Assembly: GCA_951406725.2 (NCBI GenBank)
Contig: OX597817.1
Coordinates: 41,044,001 to 41,108,000, forward strand
Length of the DNA stretch: 64,000 bases
Reading direction: 5' to 3'
Source: Octopus vulgaris
Lineage: Eukaryota
Shown: positions 41,735 through 54,832 of the stretch, one piece after another
Layout of the letters: every line of letters starts with the position of its first letter
Position numbering within the stretch: the stretch's first letter is position 1
Program-made: the position numbers and the translations under genes
Notes under the pieces: generated by a model
Told to the model about the DNA's origin: nothing
The model's input: the letters and a program-made list of their open reading frames with translations, nothing else
Databases searched by the model: none

Positions 41735-42179
41735 CTAAAGTGGAAATTGGAAAATAAACAGTCACAAACAGAAACTTCAATTAATTTACTGTAAATATTT
41801 ATAAAGACCAAAAAAAAAAAAAAAAACAAAGTAGAAAGAATTTCAATGTTTAAAGCTTTTAGTCTTATTTTTTTGTAATTCAAAAAAGCATATACAAATA
41901 TTTCTCCATTGATATAATCATAATATAGATAATCTAATTTGATAATGTCCATCAAATACTTAAGTCTATAGCAGTGGATAGTGCTAGGTAGTGGGTGTTC
42001 AGTGCAAGCGATGGTTACACATCAGCAGCAGTGGACTCACTGGTAGACTGTGTCAAAGTCAGGAATTTGGATGCACTGGAATGTAGTGGAATAGTGAGCA
42101 GTAGAGACATGAAACCGAGTTCAAGAATTGTTCAGATGGTACATCATGGTACACTAGATTAGCTGGCAGATTTTTTTTT

Positions 42180-42478
42180 TTGTTCCTTCTCAGGCCATGC
42201 CTGGATCATAAGGGCCGGTTTCCTGGTTTCCTTGGCATATAGGTTCCCTACTTGGACAGGACGCCGGTCCATTGCAGGTGAGCTGCAAGATGCAGGAGGA
42301 AAGAGTGAGAGAAAGTTGTGGCGAAAGAGTCAGCAGAAGTTTGCCATTACCTTCTGCCGGAGCTGTGTGGAGCTTAGGTGTTTCGCTCATAAACACACAC
42401 ATCACCCGATCTGAGATTTGAACCCACGATCCTTCAACCGCGAGTTCGCTGTCCTAACCACTAGGCTGTGTGCCTCCA
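42180..42478 (-). mobile_element. tRNA(Arg)-like SINE (family B), full length
   Basis: Minus strand GGAGGCACACAGCCTAGTGGTTAGG...ACTCGCG...GGTTCAAATCTC (A/B boxes, TCG at the anticodon position) and an A-rich tail. Confidence 0.8.
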
Positions 42479-43499
42479 CAGCTGGTAGATTTTGTTACCA
42501 AGGTGATCAAGTTGGTAATGGAGGTGGCTGTAGCAAAAGACTAGTGGAAAGAACCATAAGAAATGTTGGGATCACCTCTGTTGTTAACAGGAATATTGTA
42601 TAATGCAACAGAAATTCAGAATATGTCTGATGCTGCATGTAAATGAAATGTGTACGAACCATTGGATATATAATGTTTATTTGAAAGGCAGAGAACAAGT
42701 GAACTGCAAGAAGAGCAGGGCATTAAAGACATTAACTGAAGTGCATGAGAAAAACAACTGCACTGGTTTCTATATGTGATGTATATGGACAGTACATACT
42801 GAGTACAAAGGTTAGGGTTATGTACTGTCATGGTAAAAACTGATGAGAATGGAAGTTGTGAGATCAGGAAGTTGTGAACACTGAACCTCACAAAAGAGAT
42901 GACAAAGCACTATGATGATTGGAAATGTGCTACAATGCAGATTCACATTAACATAAAAGAACAGATATTAAAATGTTTATGAATGATGTTTCAATCAGTA
43001 CTGGATTAACATGTTAACATATCTGTATAGGTTATGGAGAAAATATGATACCTACATTGAAGTAAGCATAGAACACATTAGACCTTTTGAAGACTAAAGA
43101 TTAGAGAATTAAAAAAAATACATTTTTTTTAAAGATCACATCAAACACACAACAAACTATTTCTTTGAATATAACAACAATTATTATTGTAAAAAATAAT
43201 GTATGAAATTAAAATGCAGACAAATGATTAGAGACAAAAATCTTGGATTGGAAAACAAGACAATATAGATTTCAGAGTAAACATGCAAAATATCTGAAAA
43301 TAAGAGAGAGAGAAAAAAAATTAAGAAAATTGAGATAATTTTGCTTTCATTAAAATATTCTTTGAGTCCTCAAAACCCTGAATATGCTTAGAGATTTATT
43401 CTTCACATTATTATCAAATACTATCCTGCTTCCCTTAATCCTTAAATAGCATGAAAGGGCTGCATGAATGCATGTGGCAAAAAACAAAAAATAAATTTT

Positions 43500-43731
43500 T
43501 CCAAATGTGGCCGATGCCAGCACCGCCTTGACTGGCTTCTGTGCTGGTGGCACGTAAAAAGCACCCACGACACTCACGGAGTGGTTGGCGTTAGGAAGGG
43601 CATCCAGCTGTAGAAACACTGCCAGATCAGACTAGAACCTGGTGCAGCTTTCTGGCTTCCCAGACTCCGGTCAAACCGTCCAACCCATGCTAGCATGGAA
43701 AACGGACGTTAAACGATGATGATGATGATGA
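43500..43731 (+). mobile_element. Family E copy
   Basis: gagtggttggcgttaggaagggcatccagctgtagaaac...ccatgctagcatggaaaacggacgttaaac(gat)n; a second decayed fragment follows to ~43888. Confidence 0.85.
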
Positions 43732-45102
43732 AATTTTTAGAAACTTATTAACTCTACTCTGCTGGGTAGTTGATGTCAGGAAGGGTATCCAACCATAAAA
43801 ACAGACACAGAAGTCTGGTGCAGGCTCCTGACTACTCAGCTAACCCATGCCAATATGGAAGGTGGCTGTTAAACGATGACGATGATTTTCCTTTTTAAAG
43901 AACTACGAAAATTTACAATTTTATTATTGAAAAGTGCTGTAAAATATTCACTTTCCTTTGCATATCCAGCATGAGCATGAATTCATTTGAGATTTCCATA
44001 TTGTTGTCAAACAAATGTACAAAAAGAGAAAAATTGGTGCACTTTTCTCATTCAGAGCTAGATGAAACATCATTTCTTCTATACTATCTAGAGCATCATA
44101 ATCATCATCATTTATCTCATCATGATGATGAAGGAAATTTAGAAAAAAAAAAACTTCATCATAGTATAAATCTTCCACTTGTGACTTAATTTCTCCCATC
44201 AATAAGGAGGGCCACTTACACTTAAGCGAATTTGATGAAGTAGGCACTCAAGTGTCAATTGATGAAGGATGTATCCATGTAAAATTTTTGAAGCATCAGT
44301 TGATGATACCAGCTGTTTAAGTGTTAATACTTTTACATTTAAAATCTGAGTGTCATATTTGATGTCATAGACCATGCCTTATTTCCCCTCTAAAAATGTC
44401 CCAAAAAATTTCACCCTGGGTCCTATATTTGAAGTTGGGCCTATATTACATACTTTAATGGACTGAAAACTTTTCTCCCTCAATATGTGCTGCTGAAACT
44501 GGGGTGCATCTAATATACACATGTGTCTTTTATGCCATCAAATACGACAATTTAGTTTTAGTTAACTGCCTTGAAAATCAGCTTTTGATTTGGAGTTTAT
44601 CAATCGTACATCTACCACTCCATTCTTGTGTATATGTTTGCAGGACCTCTTTAAGACTCAGAGCACTAACCATTTCAACAGTGAAATGAGAGTGGTACTA
44701 ATTTCTAACATGGTTGACTCTACTATATTGTCATCAACCTGACTTCATCGAATTAAGTATTACTAATTTCAATAGAATGATAAACATCTCCATGAACAAT
44801 ATTAATTTTTCTTTTGATTAGCTTAATCTGAAGAAAAGAGCTGGGTCATTGGTCTACAGTGTGGTTATGTTTCCCTTGAACAACTAACTGCAGGATATAT
44901 ATGTGCAGAGGGAGAATTCCAAAGAGCCAACATTCTGGGAAGCAAAGACCAGGGGTAGTGTTTATTGTAGGCAATGAGGAAGATAATTTATAAAATCACT
45001 CAATGCTGATTATCTCATTTTAGAAGACAATCCAAACTCTCTATTTTACTGTTTGGTTGGATGGAACACATTGGTCAGGACATGTTGCAGTTCAGTGTTT
45101 AA

Positions 45103-45320
45103 CCCTTTCGTTACCAACCCGACTGAAACCGGCTCTGTTTCTGAGTACAAATGTCTTGTTTTCATAAGTTTTGAATTAAAATCTTCCACCAAACCTTAGT
45201 CACAATTTATGTTCATAACACTAGCTTAATGATAACTAAGTTATTTTACTAAATTCTTTGTTATATTTAAAGTAACTGAAAGAAACAGAGCATCTCAAAA
45301 TAAGTACAGTAACGAAAGGG
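45103..45320. mobile_element. 218-bp piggyBac-type MITE
   Basis: TTAA at 45099-45102 and 45321-45324; TIRs identical to those of the element at 45484-46560; no coding capacity. Confidence 0.9.
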
Positions 45321-45483
45321 TTAACAAATTTTGGTGGTGATTTCAATAAATAAGTACAAGATAACTCACATGATTAAAAAAAATGTTTGTTGAGTTGCTG
45401 AAATAATATTGTGTTTACTCAACTGATGATGGCTTTACATGAAACTCAAAATAATGATGTTATTCATCATCATAATCATTTAA

Positions 45484-46560
45484 CCCTTTCGTTACTATAT
45501 TTCTGACCAAAATACACCCCTTATGTGTTTCAATTAATTTCTAACGTAATCATAAATTTAGTCTGGTTTCATTAAACAACTATAACTTTTTTATTTATCA
45601 ATATATTAACATGAATTTTGGAAGATAATTTAATGAAATGTTCTCAACCAATTCTATACTATAATTTTTGTCACAAAGTGACTCTAATTGCAGGTAGATA
45701 CAGGTAAATTCAACAATATATAAAATTATTAAAATTTTGTTCAAACATCGCTATAGAAAATGGGTTATTAGCTAATATTCAATTGGGTATACAACAAAAT
45801 TTTACGATAGAATTTGTTATTCTGGGTAACTTTCTGATACCCATAATAATATTTATGGCAAAATAGGCCTTAATTTCATTTAAGGTTGTGGGAAATAACA
45901 AACTATCCTTTCTTTCGCTTTGTTTACGTTTAGCATAACGGTTCGTTTCCGCCGTAATGATTTCAAATAGGCTCATTCGAAAAAGTAAAAAGAAATAGTC
46001 TAAGGCTTTACTCTTCTGGGAAAGTCTGTGGCTTGGTCCAGTTTCTTCAGAAAAATCACCGAAAGAAACAGTTTTTAAATTTTCACTCCATTCAGGTGCC
46101 AATTCATTTTCTTTATCTCTGTCGGAGCTCTCGGATTCACTGTTTTCACTTTCGGAAAATGAAACATCAGATTCATTATCAAATACCACATGCATTTTTT
46201 TTTCAGTCATAGAGTTAGATTTATGAAGGTCTTCAGTAGAAAATCCTTCGAATTCTGACTCGCTGCTTGATATAATGAAATTCGTATCCATTTTTTGTCA
46301 GAATTACAAATTTTGAAAACACAATAGGAACAAATTTCGGAAAAAAATCTCCCATAATTCACGGAATTAAAATTACACTTCGATTTTTGTACAAAACTGT
46401 AGTTGAACTGTTTACGAAGTATAATACGTGTTTTCACGAATGTACTAAAGAGATTTACTCTGATATTCTCATTTAAATATGAATAGGTAAATTCGGGCGG
46501 TTTGGGGCGGCTTGGTCACATTAACCAAAGTTTTTTTCGGGCGGTTTCGTAACGAAAGGG
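45484..46560 (-). mobile_element. Internally deleted piggyBac-family DNA transposon with N-terminal transposase fragment (ORF 45779-46291)
   Basis: TTAA on both sides; TIRs CCCTTTCGTTAC...GTAACGAAAGGG. ORF has an acidic N-terminus then YFFLLF...IITAETNRYA...TTLNEIKAYFAINIIMGIRKLP, typical of piggyBac transposases; it ends before the DDD core. Confidence 0.9.
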
Positions 46561-47029
46561 TTAATGTCTGTTTCCCATGCTGGAGCTGGCAAGTCAGAAG
46601 ACTGCACCAAGTTCTATTGTCTGCTTTGGCATGGATTTTATGGCTGGATGTCCTTCCCAATGCCAACCACTTTGCAGTGTGTTATTAAATATAGAAATCT
46701 AAAATAAGATGTTGGCTGTATAAAGCATGTACAAGAACTGTGGGCCTGTATGATAATGAAGAGGTACCAACCAAGAAAATGTTTGGTCTGCAGAGGCTGG
46801 AGAAAAATTAAATGAGCACGACCCACTGACATCTATATGTGATGTGTATGAACAGTGAATGCTGAGTGGAAAGGTGGCATATGCTATCAAGGAGGAAGTT
46901 ATGAGTTTAGGCACCAGAACACTGAGCCTCACAAAACAGATGACAAAAGACTATGATAGTAACAGTCTGGTTATGCTAACATAAAAGGACATTATGATGT
47001 TGAAGTTTGATAACAATTCAATCAATATC

Positions 47030-47242
47030 TTACTCTTTTACTTGTTTTAGTCATTTGAATGTGGCCATGCTGGAGCACCGCCTTTACTAGAGCAAATCGA
47101 CCCCAGGACTTATTCTTTGTAAGCCTAGTACTTGTTCTATTGGTCTCTTTTGCCAAACTGCTAAGTTATGGGGATGTAAACACACCAGCATCAGTTGTCA
47201 AGTGATGTTGGGGGGACAAACACAGACACACAAACATACACA

Positions 47243-47286
<44 letters not shown>

Positions 47287-47538
47287 CCGGTGGCACGTAA
47301 AAAGCACCATCCGAACATGGCCGATGCCAGCGCCGCCCTGACTGGCTTCTGTGCTGGTGGCATGTAAAAAGCACCCACTACACTCATGAGGTGGTTGGTG
47401 TTAGGAAGGACATCCAGCTGTAGAAACACTGCCAGATCAGACTGGAACCTGGTGCAGCCTTCTGGCTTCCCAGATCCCGGTCGAACTGTCCAACCCATGC
47501 TAGCATGGAAAACAGACGTTAAACGATGATGATGATGA

Positions 47539-47578
<40 letters not shown>

Positions 47579-47686
47579 TATATATACATACATATATACG
47601 ACAGGCTTCTTTCAGTTTCCGTCTACCAAATCCACTCACAAGGCTTTGGTCGGCCCGAGGTTATAGTAGAAGACACTTGCCCAAGG
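47030..47686 (-). mobile_element. 5'-truncated SINE family A copy carrying a nested (GAT)n-tailed element (47283-47541)
   Basis: Reverse complement of the family A tail (47030-47245) and head (47596-47686); the short direct repeat atctta occurs at both flanks. Confidence 0.8.
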
Positions 47687-48041
47687 GCATCTTATAAACA
47701 ATACTTTAACATATCTGTGTAGGTTGTGGAGACAAAAGGGTACACATATGTGAACTTGACCTTTTCTGGTTACAGGTATACATCAATGGTAATGATCCTT
47801 ATCGACATAGTTGAGACAAATGGGACTCAAATCATTTTTGGATTACAATCACAAAAAAGATGCATTTGGTCAGGTAACCTAACAAAATACCCATGAATTT
47901 TTCAATGCTACCATAATGAACCATTCTACTGTATGGTACCATTCAGATTTAATTGTTTTGACCATCTCTGTATGCAAAACATAGCCGGTGATGAAACATT
48001 CTTCCATCTCTATCAGTCTCAAATAGTCTCTCATCTCAAAT

Positions 48042-48211
48042 AGGTATAGGAGTGACTGTGTGGTAAGTAGCTTGCTTATGAACCACATGGTTCCAGGTTC
48101 AGTTCCATGGCACCTTCATCAAATGTCTTCTACTATAGCCTCGGGCCGACCAAAGCCTTGTGAGTGGATTTGGTAGACGGAAACTGAAAGAAGCCCTTCG
48201 TGTGTGTATAT

Positions 48212-48245
<34 letters not shown>

Positions 48246-48472
48246 GTATGTGTGTATGTATTTGTGTGTCTGTGTTTGTCCCTACCAACATCACTTGACA
48301 ACCAATGCTGGTGTGTTTACATCCCCATAGCTTATCAGTTCGGCAAAAGAGACTGATAGAATAAGTACTATGCTTACAAAGAATAAGTCTTGGGGTCAAT
48401 TTGCTTGTCTAAAGGCAGTGCTCCAGCATGGCCACAGTCAAATGACTGAAACAAGCAAAAGAGTAAAAGAGT
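48042..48472 (+). mobile_element. Complete SINE family A copy (head, microsatellite, tail)
   Basis: tRNA-like head, ~60-bp TA/TG tract, tail ending in (gagtaaaa) repeats. Confidence 0.85.
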
Positions 48473-49154
48473 CTGGTAATTTGTGGTTCTCAGCTTGATG
48501 GCGAATTTCATTGATTTTCGATAAACTTGTCATATATCTAATAATGCATGGATTTAATCTCACACATCTACCTTTTCCAATCTTCCATCCTATTCTGTAT
48601 CCCGCATGTTGTACCTGGACATCACATCTCTTTTTCCCCCCTCTCTCTCACTTTCCTGGTGGACAAGCTATGGATTCACATCTTCAGCATGACACCTGCT
48701 CCTCTCCTTCTATCATAAGTTTCTTATTTCACCAGTTTATACTCTGCTCAACTGAGAGGGTCTTATGTGGGTATTTAGCAACCTCACCAGTGTTGGGGGG
48801 GGGGCACATAAAAAGCACCCAGTACACTCTGTTAAGTGACTGGTATTAGACAGGGCATCCCGCTGTAGAAACCATGCCAGTATGGGAAAAAAATATGTTA
48901 AATGATGATGAACATGCTAGTCTCATGATTAAGATAACACTAAAGTGGGAGGAGTACAAATATGTCACAATACAGATCTATTCAGTCAAAGCCAATAAAG
49001 ATGATGGTTGTTCCACATAAATGAGGATGATGATGATGATGATGGAGATTCATCTGCTGACAACTGCAAAATTATCTTACTATAAGATGTGATAAGTATT
49101 AAGTCTTAAGCTTCTTTATATGTAAAAATATTTTAATGACTCTCTTTTAAATTA

Positions 49155-49190
<36 letters not shown>

Positions 49191-49649
49191 TACAACACAC
49201 ACTTTATAATCTATTTATATCTATTCAGCCATCAATTACATTTAAAAACTTTTTATCAGAGCCATTTTCTATGTCACTAATATACCGAGAAAATCACTTT
49301 ATAAAAAGATAATTTTTCAGTGAAGTGTGGTATACATATAAATTCTGGAATTAATGGTGTAAAAATTGGTTGTAAAATAATAAGTTTTGGCTTCTCTCCA
49401 GAAAATATTTATAGTATTTTATGACATTATGCAATTTATATTGTTGGAATATTTTAAAGCTGAGATACAATGGTTCTCAGAGTATTTTCATTTATATTCT
49501 ATATGTTTGACTGTATATTGGCATTGTTGCATGATATTAATCAGAGAAACAGTATCTTTCAAATTTCTCCAAGACATAAGAGATCTTTTTTTAGTTTGGG
49601 AATTGAACCTCTTTTGGGTTTGATACATTCATTGTTTCCACAATGACTG

Positions 49650-51613
49650 ATTTGGAACAGTGATCATTGTTTCCTTCCTCATAAAAATCATCTGATCACA
49701 GTCTAATCAAAGCACCACAAAACCATTTTAACACAGAACTTCTGCCTTCCAGCCCTGGTTGGAACTTTGCCAGTTCTAAGTTGGCAACTTTTGGTAGCAA
49801 ATGAATTTCATCACTTCCCATTTCCTCAGTTAAACTGATCATTGATACCATTCACCTAAGTGCGACTGACCCTCAACATCACATAGGTTTATTGGTTAAC
49901 TGATTGTGCGTACAACACATGGAGAAAGTCACCTGCCACCAATTACAAGACATCTATCTACCTCTGCAACACTTATAAAACAGCTATCAGACATGTTAGC
50001 TTTGCAGAATACTTCTACTCATCATCTCCCAAACAAGAATGGTTCTGTGACTAAAACACTTACTTATAAAATAATTCTATTTGCTTCCTGCTTTGCTTTC
50101 AACTCCAGATTGACACAGCATAACTTTTCTTAAACTCAGCTTCTTGACTTATCTATCTCTACTATTTACTCTGTACACATAACTAAGTGTGAAAACTTCT
50201 ATAATCACTGATTTATCCAAAGAAACATACCTACACTTTTTACATCTAGTTTTTGTTTTCACCAAACTTTTCGCTGTTTCTCTCTCTCTGCTATGGGTCA
50301 CCTGACAGAACTGCCTCTCCTTTTCTTATCATACTTGTTCTAAACACTCCCCTGCTAAGCGTTCTCCTCAAAACTGCATCCCTCTGGACACCAATAAATG
50401 CTGACTTAGAGAAATCTTTGAGGATCCACCTCAGTCTATGGAAACACAAGTTTCCAAAGATTGGGGTGGTTTTAGACTGCCTCACACATAAATTCTCAAA
50501 AGATGTTAAGAAGAAAACTGCCAAAATTTTAAGTTTGAGATTCTTCATCTTGATTCTCTCTTAGTTCATTATGTGTGGTCTCTTTGACTGACTCTATCAT
50601 GAGAACATCTTAGATAAGTTGCCAAACTATAGTCTCCATACATCTCTTGTCTCTTGGATCAGAATTTTCCTGTTAAACTGCTCCATTGTAGCATGATCTG
50701 AGAGTACTTTCTCCACAGCCACACTACCAGCTGTAGTAAACCCAAATTTTAGTTGTTTTCAAAACACTTATTATACCATAAAGACGTGCAATTACTTCTA
50801 ACCATATTCATGCCTATGTAGGTGATGCTAGTTTTCCACATACAATTTGGAGGACACCATGCAAAACTTGCACTGCTTCTATGATAAGAGATCTTGACAA
50901 CATTCATTAATATGGATATGACAACCTAGTCTCCTGTAACGACATCAATACTCCATTACTTTACATACAAAGGAAAGAGCTTTGCACACTGAAAAGACAC
51001 AACTAAAATCCTTATAGCTGCTACAAATGCAAGGCATTACAATCTGATAATCTCATACATAGCAAGCTCAAATCCATAACACCGGCCAAAACTGCTTCTC
51101 TTAAATTAGGTTTCATCTCAAAAGATGATCACTTACAGACTGTACAAAACTGAAGTGCTAGTTACATTAGTTAGTGTTTGTTTCTACACCTAAACATCCT
51201 GGTTTGCATACAAAAAAAATGGTTATCTAGTTGATCAGCAAATATTCCCTTATCAGCACTTGACAACCACAAACTCATAGCTGTGTTGCTTTCTTCTCTT
51301 TGTTTCCATCTACTGATACCAGATACCTCAACAGCTTCTGATCATCTGAACTAACAAGCTGCATTCTACTGCTACCCTGGAGCCTCCCGCAGACCTGTCT
51401 CTCCTTCACTCATCCTATGAAGTTTAATCCCTACATGTTGCTCTAAACACCTTCCCCAAATCATTCTCCCACAAAAGCTGTATTCTTCTGGACATCAACA
51501 AAATCTTGAACTGAACGACAACATGATCTTACAGCAGTCTGAGAAAACTTACCGAAGGCTATGGATGCTGCTAATACTCTTCACATTAACAATAAAATAT
51601 TAAAAAAAAAAAA
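49650..51613 (+). mobile_element. Heavily decayed CR1/L2-group LINE (reverse transcriptase relic)
   Basis: Near 50583-50690 reads FD*LYHENILDKLPNYSLHTSLVSWIRIFLLNCSIV, resembling the FDRVWH..LL.KL..YG...WI..FL RT segment. IHAYVGDA near 50805-50830 is a degenerate YADD. AATAAA and A-run at 51591-51613. Boundaries approximate. Confidence 0.6.
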
Positions 51614-53113
51614 TCTTAACTGTTTGTAAAAGATTACTCCAATGATGATTTAATAAATAAACAATATAGCTTTATCATTATTATTATTACATACTATATT
51701 ATTTAGCAGGGATCTTATGAGGTTTGGTGACAAGTCTCCTCAATTCACAAGAATCTTTCTTAGGATTTTTGCAGAATACAGGACTGCACTTTTCTGCAGG
51801 TTGGCAATTCCAACAGGACCCAATTCCAACAGGAGTAATTGTCATCTTAAGTCTCACACAATGTCTTCATCTTTCTGACTGGGTCCTGATATTTCTCAAG
51901 TTTTTCAATTTCTTTGTTACCTACTCTGTTGTCATAGGGAATTGCAAAGTCAATGACCTTACACTGTCTGTTTCATTTTGTCCTCTATAATCATAACTGA
52001 TCTCCTTGTTTCAATAGCATGGTCAGTATTAACGGGAAAGCCTAATAAAAACCCAAAGTTCTTATTCTCTATCACAATCTCTGGTTTGTGTCCATATCAC
52101 TTTTCTGTTATTTAAAAACCACACACTTGGCTAACTTTCCAATGCACTCTTTTACCCACATAATCATGCCTGCACTTACCTAAAATCCAAGTGTTCAATC
52201 AACGTAACAATGAAAGCATGCACATGTGTAGAAACAATTTTATACAGTAGAAATGGAAATCAAATTGCACTGATCTTAGGAATGTAAGACATCTTTTTTT
52301 TTACCTCAAGGAATGTTTGTGATTGTTATAGTTTATAGGAACAAGAATTATACTTTGTAAAAATCAATCAATGATTATTTGATGAGATTAAAACTAATTA
52401 ACCTTCAATGTTTCTGGTTCTCATGAAAGCAAAAGGGAATCTTTTCCCCTTTATATAATTATCAGAGCTCTCTGTTTAAGTATTTTGTTTTTTTAAATAA
52501 CTCAGTTGATTGGGTTAACAAGGAAGGTTGTTTTGACCTTCTGTAACTTATTTTCTGCTATTTTCTATAACTTAAAATAAAAGTAATCCGTGTAAAACTC
52601 ACATATAAGTTTTCACTCAGCTCAAAGGTCTCCCTTTCCAATAAAGTTGGCTAATATAATTACTCAGATCTTACTAACGTGATCAGCAATTTTTTGAGAA
52701 ACTTCAAGGTCAAAAACAAAAAGAAATCTTTAATTTGCTCTGAGGTTTACAATTCCTTCCAGCCAGGATTTTATTTTACAAATTAATACATCTTTTAAAA
52801 TACGTTTAGAAGTTTCCAATTTGTTATCATGTAAGAGGATATATATTAAATAGATTTATTTAAAACTAGGTAGGATATGAAAGTATTTTGTTGTAAGTGA
52901 ATAAACATTCCTTTAGATAATTTATAAGGCAAGCAGCATGCTCAATATAAAAATATCATGCCTGTCATCTAGATGAAATATATATAAAATATATAGCATG
53001 CACATCTTGATATATATGATGTACTAAAAAGGGGGTAAAAAAATGATTATGACTGACAGAGGAATGAATTTGGGGATGCGTTTAAAAAAAAAAAATTTAA
53101 GGGAACCACTCAC

Positions 53114-53161
53114 GTTCTGGGGGTTTAGATATCCACTGTCCAAGTTGTCCTAGCAGAGCGT
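53114..53161 (-). CDS. KIF13B: Candidate 48-nt frame-preserving micro-exon
   Basis: Acceptor atttgttatcacag|, donor |GTGAGT, phase 1-1. Open frame ALLGQLGQWISKPPE; joins in frame to the exon at 41734. Confidence 0.6.
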
Positions 53162-54259
53162 CTGTGATAACAAATATATATTTGTAGGCAGTTCTCTAGT
53201 GACTACACTAAATAATAACTTTGCAAGAAATATTTACAAAAACTTTATACTGAAGCCAAGATGATGACTTTAATGATCATTATGATGAATTATGTAAATG
53301 GAGTAAATGTATCTGGATGTAAATCCATCACTGAGCTTGTATTTATTTAGCATGCTAAACATAATTTAAGCTAAAGTCAGGTTTATTAACAACACGTGTA
53401 GTAATTATGCTTCATCTGCAACTGCAGATATAGGAAAACATATAAAAAGTAAAATTCTCACACAATGTAAAAAATGTAAAGTAAAATATTATGTAAGTAT
53501 GAAAGGAATAAAATGGAACAGTTATAGAATAGGAGGAATAACAATGAGAAAGTAAGTTATTAGAAATATTAATTACAATAATAACAACAATGTTACAGTT
53601 ATTAATGATTAGAAAGTAATGCATTCATGTAATTCTGTTAAAAGCAAGGTAACAAAATGATAATGATATTAAGATGAGTAAAAGAACAACGATTGACATT
53701 CCCACCCAACAACAGATTGAAATTTCATGTCATTGATGCACACTTAAAAGAGTTGAGATGGAGAGAAGAAACATTCCATGCTGGTAAACGTAAGTTATAA
53801 GAAATCACATCAAAATACACCACTGTTTGATACAAACATTTATATATATAATCATTAAGTAGGATAAATGAACAATATATGACAGTAAAGATATATATCT
53901 ATATATACATATATAGAAATATGGTAATAATATGAATGAATTGTGAATTAAAAACCAAAACAAAAAAACTGGGATGGTGGTGGTGGTGGTGGTGGGTGAG
54001 AATGAACAACTACAAAAGTAATTTTCAGAAACATCACCTTGAGAGAAAAATTGTCGAAATTGTTGTCGAGAGACAGAACAAATGAATGATATGATTTTTA
54101 CTTATTTTTTTTTTTATAATTCCTTTTTTTTTTTTACATCATGCTAAAAACCATGATTTTTAAATGAGTAGGATCTTCAAATTTAGATCTAAATAACTGA
54201 TGTTAGTAGCTCGTTTGGAGAGAAAAAGAATAATTTGTTTAATCCCTTTTAACGCTTAC

Positions 54260-54328
54260 CTCATCCTGCAAACTGTGGTGGTGATGTTCGTCCATTAGTT
54301 TCAATCATATTATCAAAAGAAATATATT
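54260..54328 (-). CDS. KIF13B: Candidate 69-nt cassette exon with an in-frame TGA as its last complete codon
   Basis: Acceptor tttgcctgctttgtcttgctag|, donor GAG|GTAAGC. Phase-1 frame reads YISFDNMIETNGRTSPPQFAG*; the other two frames stop earlier. Confidence 0.5.
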
Positions 54329-54485
54329 CTAGCAAGACAAAGCAGGCAAACGGATGTAGTGTCATTGCAACTCAACTCAAAATCATTTGACAAAATTAAC
54401 AAATAAATGACAACATAACAGAAAGAAAAGGTGCTTTACACAAAAGATTATCTAACGCCCACAGCAGATATATAGGCACACACCC

Positions 54486-54535
<50 letters not shown>

Positions 54536-54549
54536 TTCTTAATATATAT

Positions 54550-54777
54550 ATTTCTTTATTGCCCACAAGGGGCTAAACATAGAGGGGACAAACAAGGACA
54601 GACAAAGGGATTAAGTCGATTACATCGACCCCAGTGTGAAACTGGTACTGTATTTATCGATCCCGAAAGGATGAAAGGCAAAGTTGACCTCGGCGGAATT
54701 TGGACTCAGAACGTAAAGACGGACGAAATACCACTAAGCATTTCGCCCGGCGTGCTAACGTGTCTGTCAGCTTGCTG

Positions 54778-54780
<3 letters not shown>
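54550..54780 (-). mobile_element. tRNA-derived SINE (family C) with Nin-like central domain
   Basis: Minus strand ...gttctgagtccaaattccgccgaggtcaactttgcctttcatcctttcgggatcgataaatacagtaccag... ending aataaagaaata, embedded in (TA)n. Decayed relatives near 760-915 and 62570-62720. The domain name is from recollection only. Confidence 0.7.

Positions 54781-54832
<52 letters not shown>

Noticed and set aside
42041-42075. 35-nt segment between an AG and a GTGAGT donor on the minus strand
   Set aside because: Not frame-preserving and has no other support.
45423-45450. CUGAUGA...GAAA near the MITE
   Set aside because: Stem II is out of register and there is no convincing stem I or III.
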